From assembly GCA_010092845.1 (NCBI GenBank), contig JAADYW010000098.1, positions 1 to 56,183 on the forward strand: a DNA stretch of 56,183 bases. The letters run 5' to 3'. Within the stretch, counting starts at the first letter, position 1, and each line of letters begins with the position of its first letter. The notes beneath the pieces were generated by a model. It was not told the DNA's origin. It did no database searches and saw nothing but the letters and a program-made list of their open reading frames with translations. This stretch comes from Chloroflexota bacterium. GTDB taxonomy: Bacteria > Chloroflexota > Anaerolineae > Aggregatilineales > J027. Shown in pieces: positions 18,329 through 26,838 of the stretch. Both the position numbers and the translations under genes were made by a program.

Positions 18329-18562
18329 AGCCTTTCTACAGAACCTTCAGCCTCCCCCTTATATCCAGGATTGCTCCATCATGCATCAGGTGTTGACCAC
18401 ATGAATGCGGCTTACCCATGCATACTCATCATACCATGCATTTGAGATGCCAGGGAATATAAAAGCTGTAAAGAAAGATAGAAGCCAGCAGGATTAACAG
18501 AATCCGAACAAGTGGATTTGCCGTGCCCGTATGCAAGCTAGCGCAGCGCTAGTTGATAAGGG

Positions 18563-18931
18563 CTATTCACCCAGGTAGCTTTTGACGACGGATAACAAAT
18601 CCGAGGTACTAATCGGTTTGGGTAGGTAGTTATCACACCCGGCTGCCAGGAAGCGTTCGCGGTCACCGCGCATTGCATTGGCTGTCAGTGCAATGACCGG
18701 TATGTCGGCTGTTTCGCGGAAAGACTTGATCATACGGGTGGCTTCGATTCCATCCAGACCAGGGATATTGATATCCATCAGGATCAGGTCCGGCATTTCC
18801 GACATTGCAAGCTCCACGCCGGTATGACCATCCTCGGCTTCCAGGACGGTATAGCCCTTCGCTGTCAGGATTTTCCGAACCAATCGCTTGTTGTGGAAGT
18901 TGTCTTCAACGTATAGGATTCGCTTGGACAT
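18563..18931 (-). CDS. Stand-alone response regulator receiver (CheY-like)
   Basis: Carries 'ILYVEDN', the phospho-acceptor region 'DLILMDINIPGLDG', 'VIALTANA' and 'YLPKPIS'. At 122 aa it has no output domain. Confidence 0.85.
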   Translation of the reverse strand: MSKRILYVEDNFHNKRLVRKILTAKGYTVLEAEDGHTGVELAMSEMPDLILMDINIPGLDGIEATRMIKSFRETADIPVIALTANAMRGDRERFLAAGCDNYLPKPISTSDLLSVVKSYLGE

Positions 18932-19030
18932 CGTGCTGACCCTTTTTCATGCTAGCAGTTACAGAATTTGATACTTCTTGAGACCAGAATAGACCCAACA
19001 GCGTCCTGACAGTTGTTGCTCGGATGGGCG

Positions 19031-21181
19031 TCATGACTTGCGTTTCTCGCGCACGACTGCATCGACGTGGGTTACGAGGGCCTGGCGATCCAGTGAAGCT
19101 TTCAACCATATCGAGCAGTTGTGCTCTTCAAAGGCTTGACGCTCCTCAGCCGATAGGTTCTTGGCGGTCATAACAACCACTGGGATGTTCTTGTAGCGTT
19201 CATCACCCTTGATAAGCTTCATCAGCGCAACGCCGTCCATGTCAGGCAACATGACATCCAGGACGATCAGACGGGGAAGGTGTTCCTCGAGCAGCTCCTG
19301 CGCTTCAGCAGCCGAATAGGCCTCATGGACGTTATACCGACGCGTTGCCTCCAGGATGCGCCGGACCAAACGTGCATCCCGCCGATTGTCATCAACAACG
19401 AGCACTGAGGAATGCCCAAGATTATCCAGAACCGTCTTTACCCCGTTCTCAACCCGCTCGATCGTGGTTTGAATCGAGGTTGATTGCGGCTTGGTTTCTT
19501 CATCGGTGCCCAGCGTCCGGACCACATGGTCCACCAGTTCGCGTGTGTTGAAATTTCCCTTTTGCCAGAGTGACGACACACTGGATTCGAGATAGGATCT
19601 TTCCTCCTGGGTCAGGGTCTTGGCCGAGACAACCACCGTCGGGATATCGCGCGTCTCGGGGTCACTCTTGAGGGCGGAAAGCAACTCAAACCCGTCCATG
19701 TCGGGCATGGTTAGGTCTGTCACCACCAGGTCCGGTTTGCGCTGCTTAACAAGGTCAAGGCCATCACGGGCATCATTGGCCTCAAAGACGCGGTAGTTCC
19801 GATGATTCTGGAGCAAACGCCGGATAAGTCGGCTGTCTTGAGGATTGTCATCGATGATGACTACCGTGGTTACCTGCTCATCAAGGTGGGCGAGGGCAGC
19901 ATCCAGTCCTTCTTGCATCTGACTGGTGAGGGTGGCTTCCTCGCGACCTTCTTCCTGACCAAGCTGCAAGTCCAGCACATATTGATCTTCCAGGACATGT
20001 TTCTCAGCGGGGAAGGTATGGCCAGAGCAATTGATCACCACCAGCTCATCCGGTTGGATGGTTCCATCGGCGACCATTTTCTCTAGCCCGGCGAATGCCA
20101 CCGACGTGGCTGGCTCCATGCTGTAGCCCTCGAGGCGGGCGATGCGGCGCATGGCGCGAAAGGCCTCACCGTCATTTACGGAGAGCATGGTCCCACCATT
20201 AGTCAGACATGCCTCACGCAGGACGGTGTAGCCTCTACCGGGGTCTCCTGTCGCCAGCACCGCGATGCGGGTGTGGGGGATGACGGGCTCTGCTACTTCC
20301 TTGTTCTCTTTCCAGGCCTGGACCATGGGCGAACAGCCTTCGACCTGGACAATGGCCAGGCGCGGAAGCTTATCGATTAAGCCCATGCGTTTCAATTCTT
20401 CGAAGCCGTGCCACACGGCAATGGGACCAATGCCACCGCTGACGGCCTGGATGTACCAATCAGGCGCCTGCCATTTGCCGTCTTCAGCAGGTTCCAGGCG
20501 TGCCAACTGTTCGGCGATCTCAAAGGCGATGGTTTTCATGCCGTCGTGGCTGGGGATACTGCGTGCGCCCATTTCGTAGAGCAACTTGCGGCGGGCCGCG
20601 AAGTCTTTGGCGACCTTCTTTGCCTGATCGTAGGTGCCAGCAATCTTCACAACCTCGGCGCCATAGAGACCCAGCTCGCGCAGTTTTTCGCTCGGCACCA
20701 TACTTGTAAGGAATATCCACAGCCGAATGCCCGCGCGGGCACAATAGGCCGCAAAAGCCGCCGCCTTGTTGCCGGTGGAGGCCAGGACGAACTCGTCGAT
20801 TTCTGCCTGTTTGATCGCCGCCACACCCAATACAGCCTGGCGATCTTTAAACGAGCCGGTAGGGCCCTGGCGTTCGTCCTTGATGTAAAGGCGATTGATA
20901 CCCAATTCTTTCTGCAAACGCGATGCACGCACCAGAGGCGACCAGCCTTCATCCATCGAGACATCGTGACCCGGATAGGATACGGGGAGAAGCTCCTCAT
21001 AGCGCCACAACGATGCATTGCGCTGGGGCATCTCGGTGGTCCAGGCTTTATGTGCGGTTTCATAGTCGTATTCAGCACGTAGCCAGGCCGACTCGCATTT
21101 CTCGCACGCGGTTTTCATTGGGTCAGGCGGCATTTCATGGCCACAATCACGACAAGTTATTTTTTTCAGCAGCGATGGCAT
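19031..21181 (-). CDS. Threonine-synthase-like PLP enzyme fused to two C-terminal receiver (REC) domains
   Basis: The N-terminus carries a Cys4 ribbon 'CRDCGHEMP...CEKCES', 'LWRYEELLP', the PLP-lysine motif 'PTGSFKDRQA' (K112), 'ASTGNKAAAFAAY' and 'AVSGGIG'. REC1 spans about aa 438-555 ('DLVVTDLTMPDMDG', 'VVVSAK'). REC2 spans about aa 592-710 ('RLIVLDVMLPDMDG', 'VVVMTAK'). Confidence 0.75.
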   Translation of the reverse strand: MPSLLKKITCRDCGHEMPPDPMKTACEKCESAWLRAEYDYETAHKAWTTEMPQRNASLWRYEELLPVSYPGHDVSMDEGWSPLVRASRLQKELGINRLYIKDERQGPTGSFKDRQAVLGVAAIKQAEIDEFVLASTGNKAAAFAAYCARAGIRLWIFLTSMVPSEKLRELGLYGAEVVKIAGTYDQAKKVAKDFAARRKLLYEMGARSIPSHDGMKTIAFEIAEQLARLEPAEDGKWQAPDWYIQAVSGGIGPIAVWHGFEELKRMGLIDKLPRLAIVQVEGCSPMVQAWKENKEVAEPVIPHTRIAVLATGDPGRGYTVLREACLTNGGTMLSVNDGEAFRAMRRIARLEGYSMEPATSVAFAGLEKMVADGTIQPDELVVINCSGHTFPAEKHVLEDQYVLDLQLGQEEGREEATLTSQMQEGLDAALAHLDEQVTTVVIIDDNPQDSRLIRRLLQNHRNYRVFEANDARDGLDLVKQRKPDLVVTDLTMPDMDGFELLSALKSDPETRDIPTVVVSAKTLTQEERSYLESSVSSLWQKGNFNTRELVDHVVRTLGTDEETKPQSTSIQTTIERVENGVKTVLDNLGHSSVLVVDDNRRDARLVRRILEATRRYNVHEAYSAAEAQELLEEHLPRLIVLDVMLPDMDGVALMKLIKGDERYKNIPVVVMTAKNLSAEERQAFEEHNCSIWLKASLDRQALVTHVDAVVREKRKS

Positions 21182-21434
21182 CGCCAGTTACTCCAGAATT
21201 GCATTCGGTCAATCAACAGTGCTACTCACCTTGTGCTCAACAACACTTCCCTGGGGGGTAGAAGATCAATTGCCGATTGTCTGCCACTTTCTCGCCACGA
21301 GACAGTCGCCGAATCAACAATGCGCTCCCAACCCGCCAGGTATCTCTTTACGATATTTTAATCTTAATTTCATTGTAAAGCAAATCTCTCGTGGCATTTT
21401 ACACAATTAGCTGCGTGAATTTTCCCTAAATGTT

Positions 21435-22097
21435 ATGGTATGTCCTCTGGATGGGGAGTGCTACGCTGTAAAGATATGTGCCGTTTACGGATCGAGATTT
21501 TGTGAGAAGTGTAAATTGAAGACGATATGTGTTTACTGCGGCTCAAGGGTCGGCACGCGGCCAGTGTATACGGCGGGTGCTGTCGGGCTGGGCAAAGCTC
21601 TCGTCGAGCGCGGGCTGAGCCTGGTCTATGGGGGTGGCAACATGGGTTTGATGAAGGTGATTGCCGATACCGTTCTGGTTGGTGGTGGCCATGTCACCGG
21701 TGTCATACCTGAAGCGCTCATCGCACGCGAAGGCGACCATAAGGGGTTGTCAGAGCAAATCACCGTCAAGACCATGCATGAGCGAAAGGCCTTGATGGCC
21801 GGGCGCGCCGATGCCTTTGTCGCGATGCCGGGGGGCTTTGGCACGCTTGAGGAACTCTTTGAGGCGATTACCTGGTTACAGCTCGGTATTCAAGCCAAAC
21901 CGGTGGCAGTCCTGAATCTTGACGGCTTCTATGACCCATTGCTGGCGATGATAGATCATGCGCATGTACAGGGATTCATCTCGAATGAGAATCGGCAACT
22001 GTTGATCTCGGGTGACACTCCTGCATCCGTCCTCGACCAACTCGAAGCTTTTGATGCCACATCGCATCGAGGCAAATGGAGTGGGCTTCAACCTTGA
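21435..22097 (+). CDS. LOG family protein (TIGR00730-type nucleotide 5'-monophosphate nucleosidase)
   Basis: Carries 'ICVYCGS', 'LVYGGGNMGLMG-like', 'PGGFGTLEEL' and 'KPVAVLNLDGFYD'. The true start may lie downstream of 21435, because the Cys-rich 25-aa leader is atypical. Confidence 0.8.
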   Translation: MVCPLDGECYAVKICAVYGSRFCEKCKLKTICVYCGSRVGTRPVYTAGAVGLGKALVERGLSLVYGGGNMGLMKVIADTVLVGGGHVTGVIPEALIAREGDHKGLSEQITVKTMHERKALMAGRADAFVAMPGGFGTLEELFEAITWLQLGIQAKPVAVLNLDGFYDPLLAMIDHAHVQGFISNENRQLLISGDTPASVLDQLEAFDATSHRGKWSGLQP

Positions 22098-22104
22098 TCA
22101 CAAG

Positions 22105-22953
22105 CTAGCCAGCGGGGAGGGGTGCATCTGGGCCCTGTTGGATAACCGCCAGCATCTGGGTCTGTAGGTGTGAGTTGCTGGCGATCATATCAACCTTACC
22201 CCGGCTCAATAAGCCATCCTGTCTACCCTTAAGATCACTCACGACGCCGCCAGCTTCCTGTACCAGCAGCAGCCCCGCCCAGAAATCCCACGGGCTGAGC
22301 TTCTGCTCCCAATAGCCGTCATAGCGGCCCGCCGCCACGTAGGCGAGATCCAGCGCTGCCGATCCCATCCGCCGGATGCCGCGCGTGCGGACCACGAAGT
22401 TCGCCCATTCAGATGTGTTGTTGCGTGTATCGGTCCATTTATCGTAGGGAAAACCGCTGGCGATCACACTCCGGGCCAGCATATCGGTATTCGAGACTTT
22501 GATCTGTTGGCCGTTAAGCATTGCCCCCTGAGCGCGGGCTGCGGCAAAGCACTCACCGCGCATCGGGTCATGGACTACGCCCACCAACGGAAACCCATCC
22601 AGGCCATTCAAGGCCATACTAATGGCGAAGTGGGGAATCCGGTGGGCGAAATTCGTGGTGCCATCAATAGGATCAATGTACCAGCGCAGTGCCGAGGCCT
22701 CGGTTGCATCATGAGCATAGCTGCCCCCTTCTTCACCCACAATCTGGTGATCGGGAAAAGCGGCCTGCAAACGTTTGACGATAAGTTGTTCTGAAGCACG
22801 GTCGGCTTCGGTGACCAGATCGGTAGCGGCCGACTTCAGTTCCATGGTATGCGGCCGGTCAAAGTAGTCTTGCAATAGTCTCCCGGCGGCACGCGCAATC
22901 TCAACCGTCTCATCGCGGATCGCGACCAGGTCCGTTTCCTGCAGGTTATCCAT
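22105..22953 (-). CDS. Inositol monophosphatase family protein (SuhB-like)
   Basis: Carries 'VGEEGG', 'WYIDPIDGTTNF' and 'GSAALDLAYVAAGRYDGYWE', the canonical IMPase motifs. Confidence 0.85.
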   Translation of the reverse strand: MDNLQETDLVAIRDETVEIARAAGRLLQDYFDRPHTMELKSAATDLVTEADRASEQLIVKRLQAAFPDHQIVGEEGGSYAHDATEASALRWYIDPIDGTTNFAHRIPHFAISMALNGLDGFPLVGVVHDPMRGECFAAARAQGAMLNGQQIKVSNTDMLARSVIASGFPYDKWTDTRNNTSEWANFVVRTRGIRRMGSAALDLAYVAAGRYDGYWEQKLSPWDFWAGLLLVQEAGGVVSDLKGRQDGLLSRGKVDMIASNSHLQTQMLAVIQQGPDAPLPAG

Positions 22954-22961
22954 GGGTGCAT

Positions 22962-24212
22962 TTACTGCTTTCTAAACGCGACTACGCTGGTAATGTGTGC
23001 TGTCTGAGGTGCAAAGTCGATTGGGTGAACGGCGTCCAGCCAGTATCCTGCCTGCTTGATGAGATATTTCGCATCTTGAGCGAGCTGATCTGGGTCATCG
23101 CTCACGTAGATCAGCACAGGAATCTGCAATGTCTTGAGGAGCTGGAGGAGCTTGAATGTCAAGCCCTGCGTGGGATCGAGGATAGCTGCGTAATACTCTG
23201 GCCATTCACCTGCTTCCACCAGTGCCCCCAGGACGGCATCGGTACGCCCTTCGATGATATCGACATTATCCAGATCCGCCAGATTGAATTCAGCATCGGT
23301 GGCGGCGGGTGGATAACTATCAACATAGGTCACGTGGCTCACCTGGGGCGCGATAAACGCCGAGAACGTGCCGATTCCTCCATAGAGATCGAAGACCATT
23401 TGCTCAGCCGTAGGTTCTACCAACGACACGATCAGCTCCACCAGTCGCTCGACCTGTGGCAAATTGGCACGATAGCTTACGCCGGCCGTAACGCGGAAAT
23501 CACGTCCGTGGATGCGATGGGTGATATGGGTGGCGCCGATCAAGTTGAAGGGCTCCTGGTAACCCAGGAGGAAGTTCAGCGAGGCCGGAATAGAGATCTC
23601 CAGCTCAGGCGGTGTTTCGTCCGCTGTCTGCAGCACGAGCATCCGCCGGCCCCAGCTATTGACCTGGGCCTGGAGCTTCGTCAGCGTATCGAGTGATAGA
23701 TCCAGGTCCGCTACCAACCCCATTATTTCGGGCTTGATGATATGGCATTCGTCAATGGCGATCGTGTTTTCGGGATTCGTTGCGGGAAAGCCGAGCCTGC
23801 CTTCGTCTGTGGGGACAAAGTCGGCGCTCACGTTGTAGGCCCAGCTTTCCGGGCTGGCCAACGCCATCTCGATAGGCACATCTTTGATACCAGTTGCTTC
23901 CTGAAGCGCGGAGGCCACGATATCTGTTTTGAGAGCAAGTTGTGCTGGATAGTCAATATGTTGCCATTGGCATCCGCCACACCGGCCCGGCCCAAAAAAG
24001 GGGCAGCGTGGTGTGATGCGATCACCTGATGCCGCCAGGAGGGTGATCCCATGGGCCAGAATACTGTCGTCAGCCTGACGGCGAACCGTCCGGGCCCGCA
24101 GAGATTCGCCGGGGATGGTATAGGGAACAAGGACCGTGTCGCCTTGATAATAGCCAATACCCTTCCCATCTGGGGCGATATCAGTGATCGTTATCTCAAA
24201 TTCATCTGCCAT
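22962..24212 (-). CDS. TRAM-domain 23S rRNA (uracil-5)-methyltransferase family protein (RumA/RlmD-like)
   Basis: It has a TRAM-like N-terminus, the Fe-S Cys cluster 'CPFFGPGRCGGCQWQH...C', the SAM motif 'VFDLYGGIGTFS' and 'VLIYVSDDP'. I prefer the ATG at 24212; the track start at 24296 overlaps the divergent gene. Confidence 0.75.
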   Translation of the reverse strand: MADEFEITITDIAPDGKGIGYYQGDTVLVPYTIPGESLRARTVRRQADDSILAHGITLLAASGDRITPRCPFFGPGRCGGCQWQHIDYPAQLALKTDIVASALQEATGIKDVPIEMALASPESWAYNVSADFVPTDEGRLGFPATNPENTIAIDECHIIKPEIMGLVADLDLSLDTLTKLQAQVNSWGRRMLVLQTADETPPELEISIPASLNFLLGYQEPFNLIGATHITHRIHGRDFRVTAGVSYRANLPQVERLVELIVSLVEPTAEQMVFDLYGGIGTFSAFIAPQVSHVTYVDSYPPAATDAEFNLADLDNVDIIEGRTDAVLGALVEAGEWPEYYAAILDPTQGLTFKLLQLLKTLQIPVLIYVSDDPDQLAQDAKYLIKQAGYWLDAVHPIDFAPQTAHITSVVAFRKQ

Positions 24213-24282
24213 ATGATTGACCTGAGCGGTATAATTAGTCGTTCTGAATGCAAGTTGACCATTTGCAGGATACCCCACTTCG

Positions 24283-24807
24283 ATGACGATTTCCAACCAT
24301 CCCCATCCCCGGCAACGGCTTCAAAGGCTGATCGGATGCTTTACTGTCAGCGGAATGCTACTCACCGTGCTGGGCGTTGCTGGTTTGCTGGTCCTGGGAA
24401 TTGGCTACGGACTTTTTCTGATGGTATTGATGGTCCCGTTCCTATTGGGTCTGGCGCTGCCGCTCTTTTTGCTGACCTCGCTGCATCCGTCGATTGCCGT
24501 GGAGGAGGGAGGGCTGCGCCTGCGACCGCTTGTCTTCGCTGAGACATATGTGGCCTGGGACAAGATCGAAGCGATGACACCGCATACCCTGGTGAAGCCG
24601 CCCCCACCCAGTAAGCTCCGGCGCAAGGCACAAACCGGCGTCATGTTCGTCGCAAGGCCGGGGGCCTTGCCTGCCCACTATCGTGTTGTGGGTATGCTCT
24701 CTGGGCATGGATTCAAGCCGGTTTTCGCCATTTCGGACCGGACACACCAGGATTACGAGCATCTCAAGCAGCAGATTGAACGGTATATAAAGAAAGGCAA
24801 TTCCTGA
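24283..24807 (+). CDS. Hypothetical membrane protein (2 TM plus small soluble domain)
   Basis: Two hydrophobic helices near the N-terminus are followed by a ~90-aa basic domain. I recognise no family motif, and the start is uncertain. Confidence 0.4.
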   Translation: MTISNHPHPRQRLQRLIGCFTVSGMLLTVLGVAGLLVLGIGYGLFLMVLMVPFLLGLALPLFLLTSLHPSIAVEEGGLRLRPLVFAETYVAWDKIEAMTPHTLVKPPPPSKLRRKAQTGVMFVARPGALPAHYRVVGMLSGHGFKPVFAISDRTHQDYEHLKQQIERYIKKGNS

Positions 24808-24810
24808 GAC

Positions 24811-26013
24811 ATGGCCCGCGTCTTGATGTTAACTCCCTATCTGCCTTATCCGCCGGTGAGTGGCGGGCGGAAAGGAACATTTGACCTGGTTGCATGGCTG
24901 GCGAAGCATGGCTATGAGGTCACGTTGGTTTGTTTTGGACGCCCTGAAGAACAGCAGTTTGATGTTTCACCAGTTTATGAACTATGCGAGATGATCGTGA
25001 TTGATCGGCCATCTAGCCCGAGCGTTACCCGTGCTGCCCTGATGACCCTGACCGGAATCCGTCCGATTACGATGCGACTGTATCACACACCTGAATACCA
25101 GGCGACAATTGCCCGCCTGCTGGACGAGCGCGCGTTTGATGTGATACACGTCGAGTCTTTCTACATGATGCAGCATATTCCTGCTGGCAATGAGGTGCCT
25201 ATTCTGATGTCGGAACCGGCGATCGAGCATGTCGTCTGGTGGCGCCATGCGAAGGTTGCCAACCCGATCCACCAGCGCCCTGGCATTGCAATTGAAGCGC
25301 TGAAGATGCGGCTATTTGAGCCGCGGGCCTGGGGACGGGCAGATATGATACGCGTGTTGTCGGATGTGGATGCAGAATATGTTCACCGTATGGTCCCAGG
25401 GGTGCCGACGAGGATTATCCCTCATGGGGTTGATGTTGAGTACTTTCATCGCGGGCCGGGTGATCGGGCTCACGCCAAAGCGATTTACGTTGGAGATTAT
25501 AAGTATTTCCCCAACGCGGATGCTGCCCGCTATTTCATCGAGAGCATCATGCCACACATCCGGGCTGAGTGCCCGGAGTTCGAGTTGGTCCTGGTTGGCA
25601 AAGACCCAACTCCGGCGATGGTGGCGGCGGGCAAAGACCCCAACTCGGGTGTGATTGTGACGGGTCTGGTAGATGACCTGCGGCCGTATTTGACTGAGGC
25701 AACCGTGTTTGTATGCCCTATCCGGAGCGGGAGTGGCATTCGCAACAAGTTGATGGAAGCTGCCGCCTGTGAACTACCAGTAGTCACGACGACGATCGGC
25801 AGCGAAGGGCTGAATCCGATTGATGGTGAGCATATGCTGCTCGCGGACACGCCCGAAGATTTTGCCAATGCTGTGCTGCGAGTGATAAACGACACGGCGC
25901 TGGCCGAACGACTGGCTCGGCAAAGCCGCAAGTGGGTGGTTTCGCAGTATAGTCATCACCACGGCGCGGCGGCCGTCGCCGTGGTCTATGATGAACTCCT
26001 AGATCGGCGCTAG
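24811..26013 (+). CDS. Glycosyltransferase family 4 (GT-B fold)
   Basis: The N-terminus 'LTPYLPYPPVSGGRKG' and C-terminus 'GSGIRNKLMEAAACELPVVTTTIGSEGL' (E-x7-E region) are typical of GT4. Its 3' end overlaps the convergent aminotransferase gene by 15 nt. Confidence 0.8.
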   Translation: MARVLMLTPYLPYPPVSGGRKGTFDLVAWLAKHGYEVTLVCFGRPEEQQFDVSPVYELCEMIVIDRPSSPSVTRAALMTLTGIRPITMRLYHTPEYQATIARLLDERAFDVIHVESFYMMQHIPAGNEVPILMSEPAIEHVVWWRHAKVANPIHQRPGIAIEALKMRLFEPRAWGRADMIRVLSDVDAEYVHRMVPGVPTRIIPHGVDVEYFHRGPGDRAHAKAIYVGDYKYFPNADAARYFIESIMPHIRAECPEFELVLVGKDPTPAMVAAGKDPNSGVIVTGLVDDLRPYLTEATVFVCPIRSGSGIRNKLMEAAACELPVVTTTIGSEGLNPIDGEHMLLADTPEDFANAVLRVINDTALAERLARQSRKWVVSQYSHHHGAAAVAVVYDELLDRR

Positions 26014-26826
26014 ATGTGCCTCGACCCAGGCATCATATCGATTAGCAAGCTGTTGTGTGTAAGGCCCGGGCTGGCCATTGCCAATCACTGTGGCATTGAT
26101 CCGGGTAATCGGTATGACCCCGCGGCTGCTACTGGTCAGGAACGTCTCATCGAGTTGTGGAAGTTGGGCCAGTCTCACTGCCGCCAATTTCACGGGCGTT
26201 ACCTCGGGGGCGATGGTCAGTGTAACCCGACGGGCAATACCATTCAATACCGTGTCATCCGGCGCCGTATACAGCACACCATCGACAACAGCGTAGAAAT
26301 TGCTGCCAAAGCCCTCTAGCAGGGCTTCTTGCTCATCAACAATAATGCATTCATAGGCGTCTGGCGCATGTTGCTGTTTGGCGGCGGCGCGTTGAGCCAT
26401 CCACTCGGTTAACTTCGCCTGGGGAGCCTCCCGCTGGATAGGCACCGTTGCCACCGCAACCCCCTTTTGGCGCAGCGCGGCCGGGATCGCTTCAAAAGGC
26501 TCTAGCGTGATGATCCGGTGGTCCGGGGCTTGACGCGGCACCGTAATCCGAAAACGCGCTTCTGGATAGCCCGCTTGCGCGATCAATTCGCGAAGCGCGC
26601 CACGTAACGCCGCGCGATCCAGTTGCAAAGGTATCTCTGCAATGCGCGCGGATTCCTCCATACGATCCAGGTGAGCATCCAACATAAGCTCCTGGTCGTG
26701 GTGAAAGGTGCGCGCCACCGAGTATACCCCTTCTGGCTCGTGCGTCGCGGCTTCGGCCAATGATTCCGCGGTATAGCCAACGGCTTCCAGTCCGTTAGGA
26801 GTGAGTAGGCCAATTGTAGTCGGCAT
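25999..26826 (-). CDS. Aminotransferase class IV family protein (D-amino-acid/branched-chain aminotransferase or ADC-lyase-like)
   Basis: Its length of 275 aa and the segments 'LDAHLDRMEESA', 'EGFGSNFYAVVDGVLYTAP...VLNGIARR' and 'ETFLTSSSRGVIPI' fit fold-type IV PLP enzymes. It starts 12 nt after the DUF2233 stop. Confidence 0.65.
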   Translation of the reverse strand: MPTTIGLLTPNGLEAVGYTAESLAEAATHEPEGVYSVARTFHHDQELMLDAHLDRMEESARIAEIPLQLDRAALRGALRELIAQAGYPEARFRITVPRQAPDHRIITLEPFEAIPAALRQKGVAVATVPIQREAPQAKLTEWMAQRAAAKQQHAPDAYECIIVDEQEALLEGFGSNFYAVVDGVLYTAPDDTVLNGIARRVTLTIAPEVTPVKLAAVRLAQLPQLDETFLTSSSRGVIPITRINATVIGNGQPGPYTQQLANRYDAWVEAHLAPI

Positions 26827-26838
26827 AGTGTAGGCAAC

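Noticed and set aside
18538-18552. The palindrome CTAGCGC-A-GCGCTAG just downstream of the stand-alone receiver gene stop.
   Set aside because: A 1-nt loop is too short for an RNA hairpin terminator, and there is no U-tract. It could be a protein site, but nothing supports that. The nearby ggatt/aatcc hairpin (18491-18505) is also weak.
20408-21082. A 224-aa plus-strand ORF and several 69-143-aa ORFs overlapping the ThrC-like gene.
   Set aside because: They are antisense or off-frame within a gene that carries clear PLP-enzyme motifs, and they have no independent signals.
21211-21319. A direct repeat of AATCAACA (21211-21218 and 21312-21319) in the divergent promoter region between the ThrC-like and LOG genes.
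   Set aside because: A single 8-mer repeat in about 250 bp is expected roughly 0.5 times by chance, and the flanks match only loosely (11 of 14). That is not enough to call a regulatory site.
22956-23696. A 246-aa plus-strand ORF antisense to the RumA-type methyltransferase gene.
   Set aside because: It has no motifs and an unusual composition. It is fully contained within a gene carrying clear Fe-S and SAM motifs on the other strand.
24213-24296. The RumA-type methyltransferase start at 24296 overlaps the divergent membrane-protein gene start (24283).
   Set aside because: The TRAM domain begins right after the Met at 24212 (MADEFEITITDIAPDGKGIG). The upstream 28 aa have no family counterpart, so this is probably just an ORF extension.
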